This document shows positions 39,751-49,270 of a stretch of DNA of 64,000 nt, piece by piece (within the stretch, counting starts at the first letter, position 1; the number at the start of each line of letters is the position of its first letter). The notes below the pieces were generated by a model that saw only the letters and a list, made by a program, of their open reading frames with translations, was not told where the DNA came from and searched no databases. Both the position numbers and the translations under genes were made by a program. Source of the stretch: a virus; the IMG/VR virus record IMGVR_UViG_3300029922_000031, positions 41,075-105,074 of that record. One strand, given 5' to 3'.

Positions 39751-40605
39751 TTAAGCGGCAGTCATGTCGCCGACGACGAACAGGTCGCCGGTGTTCGGAT
39801 CCGGGTAGCCGGAGAAGGAGACGTCGTAGATGCGCTCCTTGTCGATTTGGTAAGCGAACTTCAGGCCGCCGGCGGTCGCCGCGAGCGGAATGTTGAAGTC
39901 CTCGGCGCGGTCGGTGTCGGCGTTGACCTGCGGATGCAGGGTGAGCATCTTGGCGATCGCCAGGAGCGACGTGCCAATACCGGTCGGGACGATGACCTTC
40001 TGCTTGGTTGCGAGCACGCCGCCAGCCAGTGTCGCGCCCGAGACCGTCAGGCTGGTGCCGGACTTGACGAGCGTGATGGAGTTGTACGAGTAGAACGACG
40101 TGTCGTAGGCTGCGGCGGTCAGGGTCACGACGCCCAAGGCGCTGGTCGCAACGACCATAACCGAAGCATCGTCGATGGCGTTGATCGCCGCGGCAAGCAA
40201 GGCGGCCTGCGTGGTGGCATCGGCACCGATGCCGAACTGGTTCGCGGCGGCGGGCGCGGTCGCGGCCGTGAAGACGACGCCGTCAATCGAGATGGAGTCG
40301 CCGACGGTCGCAACGGTCGAGAAAGTCGCGGTGCCGGAAGCCTTGGTGGCGCCAGTTTCGACGATCGAGGCGCCGGGCATGATCTTGACCAGGTTGTCGA
40401 GGGTCGTTTCCGCGAGCGGAACCTTGACCGTGACGGTGCGGCCCATGATGACCTCGTTGACCACCGATTTGCCGAACTGATCGACCATGACCTGATGCGT
40501 ATCGGTCTTCACCTCAACGTCGACGCCGCCCTGGGTGTAACCCAGATCCTGGCCACCGAAGAAGACGCGGCAGACACCGAGCCGAACGTTATTCGTGTTG
40601 CTCAC
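39751..40605 (-). CDS. Major tail tube protein with inserted domain
   Basis: NVRLGVC.V.FGG.DLGYTQGGV.V...VDQFG...VPLAETT...ERIY.V.F.GYPD; position in tail module. Confidence 0.82.
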   Translation of the reverse strand: MSNTNNVRLGVCRVFFGGQDLGYTQGGVDVEVKTDTHQVMVDQFGKSVVNEVIMGRTVTVKVPLAETTLDNLVKIMPGASIVETGATKASGTATFSTVATVGDSISIDGVVFTAATAPAAANQFGIGADATTQAALLAAAINAIDDASVMVVATSALGVVTLTAAAYDTSFYSYNSITLVKSGTSLTVSGATLAGGVLATKQKVIVPTGIGTSLLAIAKMLTLHPQVNADTDRAEDFNIPLAATAGGLKFAYQIDKERIYDVSFSGYPDPNTGDLFVVGDMTAA

Positions 40606-40690
40606 GGTGATTTCCTTCGAAAAGATACGTCAAAACTGACTGTGGAGAATTATAGCCATGATGGGCGAGAAAAGTCAAAGCTGATTTAAC

Positions 40691-41095
40691 TCAGATCATG
40701 ATGTAGTGGGCCTTGATGTTGCAAGCCCACTCGTACTCGTTACCCTGTGTTCGCGGGTAGACGACCGGCCGCGTCAGCGGGAAACACTGAAGAACGCGCA
40801 TCAGGACGTCGCCGCTGACGGGATCCGTGAAAGTCCGGTTGTAGAAGGTCAGCGCGTTGTTGATCAGCAGCGACTGAGCGTCGCCGAAAGCGTGATCCTT
40901 GGAGCGCAGAATCGCCTGAAAACTGCCTTTGTAAAAGCCGATGATATAGTGGTTGACCGGGATGCCATCCATCGGCAGCTTCAGCAGGATGCCCTGCGTG
41001 CAGGTCTCCGGGATGTGATGCTCGAAGATGTCAACGCCAAGCGCCGTCGCCAGGTTGGCCTCAATCAGAACTTCGGCGATGCAGTCAAGATTCAC
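40691..41095 (-). CDS. Tail terminator-like protein
   Basis: Synteny (just before the tail tube); FQAILRS and P.VYP motifs. Confidence 0.6.
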   Translation of the reverse strand: MNLDCIAEVLIEANLATALGVDIFEHHIPETCTQGILLKLPMDGIPVNHYIIGFYKGSFQAILRSKDHAFGDAQSLLINNALTFYNRTFTDPVSGDVLMRVLQCFPLTRPVVYPRTQGNEYEWACNIKAHYIMI

Positions 41096-41538
41096 TTCCC
41101 CTCCTCCGCCATCGTCTGGGATGTGACTTCGATCAGCGCCGCCTCGAGCTTCGGCTCTTGCTCGGCCACCGCCCGGTCGATGAAATGCTCGCCGATATAG
41201 ACGCCTGGATTGGCGTTTCGCTTGGCGATCGTGCCGGGACCGGGGTGCATCGAGGAGTAGTTCTCGTCGATCTCAGAGGCGTAGGCGTCCACGTCGATGC
41301 CGCCGAACTCGCCGCCGGCGACGATGTCGATCGCCAGGCGGCCGCGACCCTCATAGGTCGTCTCCTGATGGATCGAGTCCTCCAGGTTGCCAAGATCCAC
41401 CGGGCAGAACAGCTTGGCGCGCTCGACGATCTTGTCCGCAGCACGGTGCATCACCTTACGGCCGTTCTCCGGGACCTTGTCGGCGATGTTGCGCAGAGCT
41501 GTCCGCAATGCGTCGGCGCCATAGAGCTTCCCGCCCAT
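41092..41538 (-). CDS. HK97 gp10-like tail completion protein
   Basis: AKLFCPVDLGNLEDSI...YA...FIDRA. Confidence 0.75.
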   Translation of the reverse strand: MGGKLYGADALRTALRNIADKVPENGRKVMHRAADKIVERAKLFCPVDLGNLEDSIHQETTYEGRGRLAIDIVAGGEFGGIDVDAYASEIDENYSSMHPGPGTIAKRNANPGVYIGEHFIDRAVAEQEPKLEAALIEVTSQTMAEEGK

Positions 41539-41888
41539 TACTGGCTCCCAGCTTCGAAGGTGCATTCGTAGTGGTCGAGATTGCCAGCGATGCTGATTCG
41601 CGGCTGGACCGAGATGCAGCGCAGCGAGACGCCGAGAATGACAAATTTGTCGCCCTCGGTAATCTGTACGCTTGACGGGAATAGGATCATGGCCGGCTCG
41701 ATGAGTTCATCCGCCTCGCCGCGCGAGGCCGATCCCGTCGATCGGATTGGCGTCTTCTGAACCGTCGGCTCGAGCTTGACGATAGCGCACGGGACAACAG
41801 CCGCCTCGCCATCATAGATCGCCTGGCCAAATTTATCCGTGCCTGCGGTGTATGACGTCAAAAGACCGGTCGTGTTGGGGAGGAACAC
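41538..41888 (-). CDS. Head closure/stopper protein
   Basis: DKFGQ N-terminal motif, beta-rich, ends LDHYEC; synteny. Confidence 0.65.
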   Translation of the reverse strand: MFLPNTTGLLTSYTAGTDKFGQAIYDGEAAVVPCAIVKLEPTVQKTPIRSTGSASRGEADELIEPAMILFPSSVQITEGDKFVILGVSLRCISVQPRISIAGNLDHYECTFEAGSQ

Positions 41889-41890
41889 GA

Positions 41891-42760
41891 TCAGCTCCGA
41901 GTGATGGTGTATTTGATGTCGACGTAGCCTTGGATGAAGGCGAGCGCCGCGCGCGAGACGCCTAGATCGAGCGGCTGAACGTTGCGAAAGGTAGTGTTCG
42001 ACTCGCCAATGCGCTCGGATAGAATGCCGGAGGCCCGGCGCTGCGCGTAGACGTCGTTGGCGAGGATCTGATCGGCCTCGACGACCTGCGCGTTGCGCAT
42101 CGCCTGGCGGAAGATCTCAGGATAATAGCTGTACCAGCGCTGCGTCGTCATCGCCGTCCACAGACGCGGGATGATGATCTCGTTGCGGCTGTCGAACCAG
42201 TTCAGATAGTTCTGAGCGTCCGGGTCGCGCGGCCAGCGCACGAAATAGCCAAGTTTGGTCAACCGCAGCCAGGCCGTCGACATGGCGTTGATGCGATCCT
42301 GCTCAGTCGCCGTCGGAAAGGCCGTGAGGTTGGGGAGATTGCTCGCGGTCAGAAGCGCCAGATTGTAGGTCTGAAACGAGTTCTGAAGCAGGACGAGCTG
42401 AGCGTCGCTCGCCCGAAGAATGTATTGGATTTTGCTGACGAAAGCGCCGGTGGGCGTCGTCATGGTGAGCTGAATCTCACGCAGACCAGAGACCGTGATG
42501 ATCAGGTTGCCGCTCTGAGTCCCGTCATTGATGTTGGGCGCAGGGCCGGCGAGCTGATTGCAGACTTCCGGGACGCTGATGAGGACCGAAGTGTCGGTGC
42601 TTCCCGGCGCCGCAAGCGCGGTCGTGTCCTGAACGATGTTCTCCAGCTCATCGAGCACTCGATAGGCAAGCGTCATCCCCGCCGGCGAAATGGCGGCGCC
42701 GTTCATGTCTACGAACGGGATCGTTACGGCGACCAATGCGCCAGCGGGGTAGCTGTTCAT
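41891..42760 (-). CDS. Head-tail adaptor protein
   Basis: NSFQT...AL.TA, AQ..EA..IL, GILSERIGES; synteny. Confidence 0.65.
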   Translation of the reverse strand: MNSYPAGALVAVTIPFVDMNGAAISPAGMTLAYRVLDELENIVQDTTALAAPGSTDTSVLISVPEVCNQLAGPAPNINDGTQSGNLIITVSGLREIQLTMTTPTGAFVSKIQYILRASDAQLVLLQNSFQTYNLALLTASNLPNLTAFPTATEQDRINAMSTAWLRLTKLGYFVRWPRDPDAQNYLNWFDSRNEIIIPRLWTAMTTQRWYSYYPEIFRQAMRNAQVVEADQILANDVYAQRRASGILSERIGESNTTFRNVQPLDLGVSRAALAFIQGYVDIKYTITRS

Positions 42761-42769
42761 GGCGATCGA

Positions 42770-43375
42770 TTACTCGGTGATCACGGGAGCGGACTTCTTG
42801 GCGAGTTGCTGAGCGTTGAGGATGTTCTCGATCAGATCGGGGATCGAGCGCGCCTTGACGCCATAGGGCAAAGCCACGTCCCGGAGACCCTGAATGCCCT
42901 TCTTCTCGACGAGGACGCACAGCTCTTCGTATGTGTAGAAGATCGTCTCTTGCTTGGCTTCGAGATCGCCGGATGCAACCAGCACCGCAGCGTCAGCCTC
43001 GAGCTGCTCCTGCTTGGTGACAGTGGCGTGTTCCAGATGCACCGCAACCGGCATACGCGCCGTGCGAGCGTCGATCATGCGCTGTTGCGGGCCGATCGAG
43101 TCGCCAGTCTCGGCGTCGACGGCGCGAATCTGAGTGCAGATGCGATCCGAGAACGTCTCGGGGATCGCCACATCGGACAGACCGTCAGTGAAGTCCACGC
43201 CACCGAAGTTGCCGGTATAGGTTTCCCAGCCCTTCTGGACGATGCGAATGCGCCGGGGCTCCCGACTGTCGGGAATCGGAACGGGCGGGCGGTGAACGCG
43301 GGGTTGACCGGTTGTAACGGCCGGCTCCTGGGTCTGGCCGTTTCCGCTAAGAGCGGCTCGACGAGTGAGGGTCAC
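42770..43375 (-). CDS. Head-associated hypothetical protein with C-terminal HeH/Rho-N-like motif
   Basis: YEEL......GIQGLRDVA..YGVKARSIPDLIENIL; follows the capsid gene. Confidence 0.65.
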   Translation of the reverse strand: MTLTRRAALSGNGQTQEPAVTTGQPRVHRPPVPIPDSREPRRIRIVQKGWETYTGNFGGVDFTDGLSDVAIPETFSDRICTQIRAVDAETGDSIGPQQRMIDARTARMPVAVHLEHATVTKQEQLEADAAVLVASGDLEAKQETIFYTYEELCVLVEKKGIQGLRDVALPYGVKARSIPDLIENILNAQQLAKKSAPVITE

Positions 43376-43403
43376 AAAATTCTCCGTTTATCTCTCGGCC
43401 CAT

Positions 43404-43432
43404 AAAGCAAAGGGCGGGATTGCTCCCGCCCT
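43404..43432 (-). terminator. Rho-independent terminator after the major capsid gene
   Basis: Minus strand AGGGCGGGA-GCAA-TCCCGCCCT-TTGCTTT. Confidence 0.8.
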
Positions 43433-43463
43433 AAGATAGATCAATCTTGACTGATTGCCAAGA

Positions 43464-44366
43464 TTAAACGTTGGTGATGCCCGCGAGACGCGCCAGCGAC
43501 AGCGTGCTCTTGAGAGCCGTGCCGACGTACCACTTCATGCGGTAGCGGACGGCGTCCTTGTTCTGGATGGTGCCGATGTTCTCCACTTGGATGCCGGCGG
43601 ACGGGCCGCCGAAGATCGCATGAAAGCCGTCGGCTTCATTCAGGCGGATCGCGTAGATCGAGGTCGTGGCGCTATTCGTGCCGCACGTCTCGTTGTTCGG
43701 GACGTAGTCGTTCAGCAGCACCGGGGTGCCGTCGAACGAGTGGACCGGACGACCGAAGTTCTCGATCATCATTTCTTCGGCATGGTTGCCGTTGAACGAA
43801 CGAAGGAGAGCGCGAACCGCGCGCCAGGTCGAACGGCGCATGACAAGCGCGTCGGCGCCGAGCTTGACGAGTTCCTTGAGCTCGTCGAGCATCGCCAGCG
43901 TCATGGCGGCGCCGTTGGTGTCGGCCAGAATCACCTGCGAGGGGTCGCAGAGCGACGCCAAGCCGTCAAACGACTTCGCGTTGACGCTCGAGGAGCCCTG
44001 AACCAGAGCCCGACGGAAGGCGCGGCCAAGACCCTTCGCCTTCGAAGCGAGCTGGATCGCAAGCTGCGAGTTGTGATCCGACTGGGTGGCCAGCAGGAAT
44101 TTGTCCATGTCGACGTCGCCGGCCATGATCTTCAGCGTGGTCGTGACTTCGGTGAAGGTCGCGCCGCCTTCGTTCACGGGATCGTAGGGCGACAGGAAGT
44201 CGGCCTCGGTCAGCGTGTTTTCGCGGTTGTAGACATACGCCTTACCGTCGACGTACATGAAGGGGACGAGAGCGAACAGTTCGTCCTTGTCGATGATTTC
44301 CTCAATGACGCCGCGCTCGAGCTGTTCGAGCGAGAGTTTGGCGGCTTCGGCAACAAGCAAAGGCAT
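43464..44366 (-). CDS. Major capsid protein (HK97 fold)
   Basis: 300 aa after the scaffold gene; YNRE.TL, GDVDMDKFL, FDGL, LDEL...V, R..WYVG.AL.S..SLARL.GI. Confidence 0.88.
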   Translation of the reverse strand: MPLLVAEAAKLSLEQLERGVIEEIIDKDELFALVPFMYVDGKAYVYNRENTLTEADFLSPYDPVNEGGATFTEVTTTLKIMAGDVDMDKFLLATQSDHNSQLAIQLASKAKGLGRAFRRALVQGSSSVNAKSFDGLASLCDPSQVILADTNGAAMTLAMLDELKELVKLGADALVMRRSTWRAVRALLRSFNGNHAEEMMIENFGRPVHSFDGTPVLLNDYVPNNETCGTNSATTSIYAIRLNEADGFHAIFGGPSAGIQVENIGTIQNKDAVRYRMKWYVGTALKSTLSLARLAGITNV

Positions 44367-44439
44367 TTTTAAGCTCCTGTAGCTTCTCGCGGAAGCTGGT
44401 TTCAGTCTCGTTCAAGACAAGTCAAAACTGATTGACCAT

Positions 44440-44467
44440 ATGATACCGCGAGAAGCTGTTTTGTCAA
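44440..44467 (-). promoter_or_regulatory. Sigma70-type promoter of the capsid gene flanked by two palindromic operators
   Basis: TTGACA (44467-44462)-N16-TATCAT; motif copies at 44420-44433 and 44479-44492. Confidence 0.6.
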
Positions 44468-44508
44468 ATACCGAAATCAATCAAATATGACTGTTTTCGA
44501 TGTTCGCA

Positions 44509-45399
44509 TTACTTTTTCTTCGCGGCAGCAGCCTGAGCGTTGAGAATCGCTTCGATTCGCGACGCGCCAGTCAGGCCCTTGGCCGCGGCCGCGGCGGCAA
44601 CTGCCAGGTCGGCAGTCGTCGAACGCGCACCAGCCGCCAACTTGGATTTCAGAAGGCTGGCGTGATCCGGGTCGGCCGCGACGATGCGCTTGATTGCCTC
44701 GTCGAACGCCAGCGGCTTGCCGGAGGCGTCGACCAGCTTCGTACGGTCGGCGGAGCCCTTCGGCTTGTCGTAAGCGATAACCGCGCCCTCTTCGATCTCG
44801 AAGTTCGAGCCGTAGACCTGGCGAGCCTTATTCGGCGGCAACACCATCTCCTTGCCGATGAAGTCCGAGCTGGAGAACGCCGAACCGATGGTCAGATCGC
44901 CAATCTGCCCGGTGAGCTTAGCGACGTCGGCCGACTGCGCTTCGATCTGCGTTCTCAGCTTGGTGACTTCCGCAGCGTGCTCGTCCGCCATCATCTTCTT
45001 GACGCGCTCGTAGTCGCCGGTCTTCTCGGCAGCCGCCTTCTCGGCGCTGACCTTGTCGGCAAGCATCTTCTTGATCTCGGCGACATCGATGCCGTCGAAT
45101 TCCTTGAGCTTGGCGGTCAGATCCTCGATCTTGGCCTTGCGACTCATGCTCTCCTTGAGAAGCGCGGCTTCCTTGTCGCTGAGCCCGCTATTGGCGTGCT
45201 TGTCGGCCTCGAGTTTGGCGGCAGCGGCCTTGTCAGCTTCGGCCTTGTCGGCGATAGCTTTGTCGGCAGCGGCCTTATCGGCGGCAGCCTTGGCGGCAGC
45301 CGCAGTGTCAGCGCCACCACCCGTCCCATCTTCGGGCTCCAGACAAACCATGCTGTAGAGCGAGTGATAGGAGTTGGTGTAGTTAATCAAACGAAACAT
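44509..45399 (-). CDS. Capsid scaffolding protein
   Basis: AADKA repeats and coiled coil; between portal and capsid genes. Confidence 0.75.
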   Translation of the reverse strand: MFRLINYTNSYHSLYSMVCLEPEDGTGGGADTAAAAKAAADKAAADKAIADKAEADKAAAAKLEADKHANSGLSDKEAALLKESMSRKAKIEDLTAKLKEFDGIDVAEIKKMLADKVSAEKAAAEKTGDYERVKKMMADEHAAEVTKLRTQIEAQSADVAKLTGQIGDLTIGSAFSSSDFIGKEMVLPPNKARQVYGSNFEIEEGAVIAYDKPKGSADRTKLVDASGKPLAFDEAIKRIVAADPDHASLLKSKLAAGARSTTADLAVAAAAAAKGLTGASRIEAILNAQAAAAKKK

Positions 45400-45477
45400 A
45401 GTCTTTTCCTTCGGTCGGTCACTTGACCTGATTTCGAGCCGATCACTTGGCCCTTCAGCGACGAATGTCGCTGTTCG

Positions 45478-47271
45478 TTATGCAGTCCGACTCGTCACCT
45501 GTCCTTGGCGCTTACTCGTCTGCGAATTCTTCTTGGCGGGCGGCTTGCCACCGGCCGGGGGTTCAACTTGAGTTTGAGGCTGAATCGCCGGCGTCTCTGA
45601 GTCGGTCAGCTTGGCCGGGAACGTCGCGGTCGGATTGCCGGAGAGGACGCCGTTGATCTGAATCTTGTCGGCTTCCGTGATCGGCCAGGCGTCGAGATCG
45701 GCGAGCATCCGCTTCTTCAGATCCGCCTTGAGAGACGGGAAGAGCTTGTCGATGATCTGCTTCATCTGCTCCTGACGAACCGACGGCGGGGCATCGATCA
45801 GCTTAAGATTCTCGGCGACCGTGAATTCGTCGTAGAGCGAGCGAACGTCGAACGTGTCGGCGTATTTGACCAAGCCGTTCTGACCTTCTTCCTGATCCGG
45901 GTCGAGATAGTCGCCAGGCTTCTCGCCATTCCAGGCCGCTAGAAGCTCGACGATCGCGTTCTCGGCGTTCTGTAGCGCCTCGGATTTTGTCGTCAGCAGA
46001 CTGTTCAGCCGCTCAAAGTCGTAAGCCTTGGCGACGCCGGAGGAATTGTCGATACCGACGGCGTTGTCCTGCTTGGTGCGCTCGCCGCCCATGCCAACCG
46101 AGTGATAGATCTCGTTGATGATCTTGTTCACCACCGTAACGATGACCTCGGCCTGCTTGACGTCCGGGCTGAGATAGAAGGGCGCCGCGCCGTTCTCGCC
46201 GTCGTAAAGAAAGACCCGCTTGGTCCCCATCTCACGAATCTGCTCGTACTTGTCGTCGCCAGGCAGCACGTTCTGAGCCGGCATCGCAAGCTGCGAGAAG
46301 GTTTGATCTTGAATGATCGCGTCGAGATTGGAGAGATAGTTGGCGGTCGCGCGGTCTAGGTAGGCGATGTCGGCGATCAGTGCGGGCGCCGAGTATTTGC
46401 TGTCACCCACGACGTTGCGGAGCGGAATGCATGGGACGCGGCCAATCGTCACGAGCCCCTGATCGACCAATTTGACAACGACCCTGTTGCTCTTGTCGGC
46501 CTGAAGAACATAGGGAAGGACGCCGGGCAGCGTGAGTTGCTGAATGGCGCCCTGAGCCGGCTGAATCATGTTGAAGGAGGTCGATGGCGCCGTCGTGCCA
46601 TCCGGCTTCATGTCGGCGTTGTCGGTAATCTCGAACAGATACCAGGAGTCTTCCGTCCACAAACGATAGCGGAAGCGAACGATGCCGGTCGATCTGATCG
46701 GGTCGGCGTCGTCTCGAACTCGTTCGCGCACCAGCATCCATTGCAGCGTGCCAGCTTCGGAGAAGCCAGCATCGAGCACATCTTGCGGTTTGACGACGTA
46801 AATGTAACAGCCGGAGCCGCTCGCCTGCTCGTCGGCCTTGGTCAGAACGGCCTCGCTCTTGCTGGAATCGACGAATAGCCAGACCAGTCCAAGCGTTGAC
46901 GCCTTGGTCGAAGCCAGGCGCATGAATTGCTCGATATTGAGCCCATCGAGCGTCGCCTTGCGCCAGAACTTCAAAACGTAGTCGGGCGCGTCGCCCCAAT
47001 TGCGAGCGACAGGGCTCTTGAAGATGTATTTCTGAATGAGATCAACCACTTCGCGGGTGTGGTTGAAACGATAGGCGCGCTCGACGCGCTCGTCGTATTC
47101 CTGATCGCCCTCTTTCACATAGCGAAAGATGTTGCCGCGAAACCAGACGCGACCGCCCTCGTAAGTCTCCTCGCAGAAAGTCCAGTGAGAGTGCAGGCGA
47201 TCGTAGTCCGGGTGGCGACGCGCTAGAAAGTCTTGCAGCGTCTTCTGGTCGGCTACATCAATCGTAAGCAT
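45478..47271 (-). CDS. Portal protein
   Basis: RHPDY...W....TY.GG, Y.ER..RAY.FN, IADIA.LDR...N..S, SSGVAKAYDF; follows terminase. Confidence 0.87.
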   Translation of the reverse strand: MLTIDVADQKTLQDFLARRHPDYDRLHSHWTFCEETYEGGRVWFRGNIFRYVKEGDQEYDERVERAYRFNHTREVVDLIQKYIFKSPVARNWGDAPDYVLKFWRKATLDGLNIEQFMRLASTKASTLGLVWLFVDSSKSEAVLTKADEQASGSGCYIYVVKPQDVLDAGFSEAGTLQWMLVRERVRDDADPIRSTGIVRFRYRLWTEDSWYLFEITDNADMKPDGTTAPSTSFNMIQPAQGAIQQLTLPGVLPYVLQADKSNRVVVKLVDQGLVTIGRVPCIPLRNVVGDSKYSAPALIADIAYLDRATANYLSNLDAIIQDQTFSQLAMPAQNVLPGDDKYEQIREMGTKRVFLYDGENGAAPFYLSPDVKQAEVIVTVVNKIINEIYHSVGMGGERTKQDNAVGIDNSSGVAKAYDFERLNSLLTTKSEALQNAENAIVELLAAWNGEKPGDYLDPDQEEGQNGLVKYADTFDVRSLYDEFTVAENLKLIDAPPSVRQEQMKQIIDKLFPSLKADLKKRMLADLDAWPITEADKIQINGVLSGNPTATFPAKLTDSETPAIQPQTQVEPPAGGKPPAKKNSQTSKRQGQVTSRTA

Positions 47272-47325
47272 GAGACTCTCTCAGATTCGTCGCCAAGATA
47301 AATCAGTTTTGACTGTAAATCAAGA

Positions 47326-49047
47326 TCAACGGGAAACGCCCGCGATCTCGATCTTGCGAACGGGATACTCGAGATCGATGCAATAGCCGACCGCGTCCGC
47401 GGCGTGTTCGATGTTCATCGTCTTGTCGACCTCACGGGTGCCGGGCTTGTAGATGACCTGCTCGAAAGCCGTGATTGTGTGCTTGCAGCCCTGGTCAACC
47501 CGCATCCGGATCGTGCCGTCGGCCGTCTTGAACATACGGTTGGTGGCGTTGATACGATCGGAGACCTTGGGAGACTTGCGGCGGTATTTCAGCCGAATGA
47601 AGCCGGCATCGCGCATGATGTCGAGATCCGATTCGCCGCGAGCATGACCGCGCTGCTGGCCCGCCGGGTCAGGATAGATCGTGGTCTGCTTGAGGTGACG
47701 GAAGAACTTCTCGCCCAGCTTATCTGAGGCTTCCTGGGTGTTCGAACCGAATAGCACGACCTCATCGACGATCCAAACCTCGCCGTTGAGTTGAGGCTGC
47801 ATGATGATCGAGGTCATCGGGTCGATGTTGAAGTCCTGCCCTATCCAGATCGGTAGCTTCGGGTTGAATAGATAGTTGCCGACGTGGAGCTTGCGGTCGA
47901 AGGCGTGATAGACGCGACCGGACATTGTCTCGAAGGAGTTGAAGTTGTTGGCGCCGCTCGCCAAAACGTAACTGTGGTCATGACTATCCACGAGCATGTT
48001 CATGACCGAAACAGGCTCTGCTCTAAAAGATCGATTAACGACCTCGAGGCTGAGAAGACCGAGTTCTGGCAGCCAACGCTCTTTCAGCCATTCTGAAAAG
48101 TGCGGAAAAGAATGACCCGCGGTTGAACTTCGACCAGCGTCGATATCCCTCAATAGGCGATGCGCCGCGCCGCGCGTCAGCCCAATCGCGGCGCCGATCT
48201 TTTCATAGGGGTAGCCATCGGCACGCATGTCGAGCGCCGTCTCACGTCGAAACTCGGCCTTAACCCGATATGCCTTTAGATATTTCGACCATTGCCAGCC
48301 GAGAAGCTCCTTCGCATCGCAATAGGCGAAGCCAATCTTATCGAAGAAGACGACGATGCCGGCTGTGCCGTCGTTCACCCGCAACCAATACGTCTTGTAG
48401 TCGTCGCCAGTCGCCGAGACCGACATCGTCACCCCAAGATCGAGCGCCATCGTCTGAAGTTGGTCGAAAAACGCCTGACCATCGAAGCCGGCCGCCTTGC
48501 ACATGTTAAGAGCTGGTAGTCGCGGCATTCGAGACTTACCGCTAATGTCGTGCGCCGGCGCTGTCCCTTCCGCGCCGAATAAAGCGGCAAGATAGGCACG
48601 CTTCACCGCAACGTCGCCATTGATGATCCAGTCCGGCACTAGAAAACTCTGTCGAACCTTAGCGCCGATCGGCACGCCAAAGTCGGCGAGATAGCGACAG
48701 TCGCTCTCGCCGAGCTGAATCTGATAGCCGTCTTTCAAATGCGCCGCAGATGTCTTCTTTGAACAAACCGTGACGCCGTCACAAAGACCAAGCGATTGAA
48801 GATCGCTCAAAATCGCCTTTAGATCATCTCGCTCATTGCTGTAGAATGCACCCTGCATTCTAGGGTAGAGCGAAATTGAGCCATCTCGCTTTGTGTATTT
48901 AGAATGAGAAAGCACGATCGTGCCGTCGCCGGTCATATAACCAACAAGCGCAGCAAGCTTCTCGTCGCCGGTGCGCGGCGCGTAGAGTGTAGGCGAAATC
49001 TCGATACGCTCAATCTCATCAAGCGCGATCTTATGAGGCGTCAGCAC
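47326..49047 (-). CDS. terL: terL C-part: LAGLIDADG endonuclease + HTH + intein C-terminus + terminase nuclease domain
   Basis: LAALVGYMTGDG and AYLAALFGAEG LAGLIDADG motifs; intein blocks F/G VMNMLVDSHDHSYVLASGANNFN|S; then SFETMSGRVY, IGQDFNIDP, YPDPAG, EHAADAVGY. Possible GTG start at 49047. Confidence 0.85.
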   Translation of the reverse strand: MLTPHKIALDEIERIEISPTLYAPRTGDEKLAALVGYMTGDGTIVLSHSKYTKRDGSISLYPRMQGAFYSNERDDLKAILSDLQSLGLCDGVTVCSKKTSAAHLKDGYQIQLGESDCRYLADFGVPIGAKVRQSFLVPDWIINGDVAVKRAYLAALFGAEGTAPAHDISGKSRMPRLPALNMCKAAGFDGQAFFDQLQTMALDLGVTMSVSATGDDYKTYWLRVNDGTAGIVVFFDKIGFAYCDAKELLGWQWSKYLKAYRVKAEFRRETALDMRADGYPYEKIGAAIGLTRGAAHRLLRDIDAGRSSTAGHSFPHFSEWLKERWLPELGLLSLEVVNRSFRAEPVSVMNMLVDSHDHSYVLASGANNFNSFETMSGRVYHAFDRKLHVGNYLFNPKLPIWIGQDFNIDPMTSIIMQPQLNGEVWIVDEVVLFGSNTQEASDKLGEKFFRHLKQTTIYPDPAGQQRGHARGESDLDIMRDAGFIRLKYRRKSPKVSDRINATNRMFKTADGTIRMRVDQGCKHTITAFEQVIYKPGTREVDKTMNIEHAADAVGYCIDLEYPVRKIEIAGVSR

Positions 49048-49270
49048 GGTGAACCTTGAATTTATGATGTGCGCTGGCTGAGATGATCTCGCCAGTCTCC
49101 AGTATAACGTCACAAATTATTTTGCGCCCCGTTTCACCGATACGCAATACGCTTGTTGGAATTCTTTCGCCGTCGGGTGTAATATGGATTAGTTCGTCAC
49201 CAAAACGAATATCCCGAATAGCCTTAACTTCACCATTCCACATGCGAACTTGCGTCTCAAGCAGATGACA
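47938..49270 (-). mobile_element. Intein with homing endonuclease inserted at EFEA|SFET of terL, interrupted by a +1 frame change
   Basis: Cys1 codon at 49270-49268 (CHLLETQVRMWNG...IRDIRFGD, block B ASAHHKFKV); terminal Asn at 47940-47938; span 1333 nt = 3n+1; visibly lower GC than the flanks. Confidence 0.88.
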
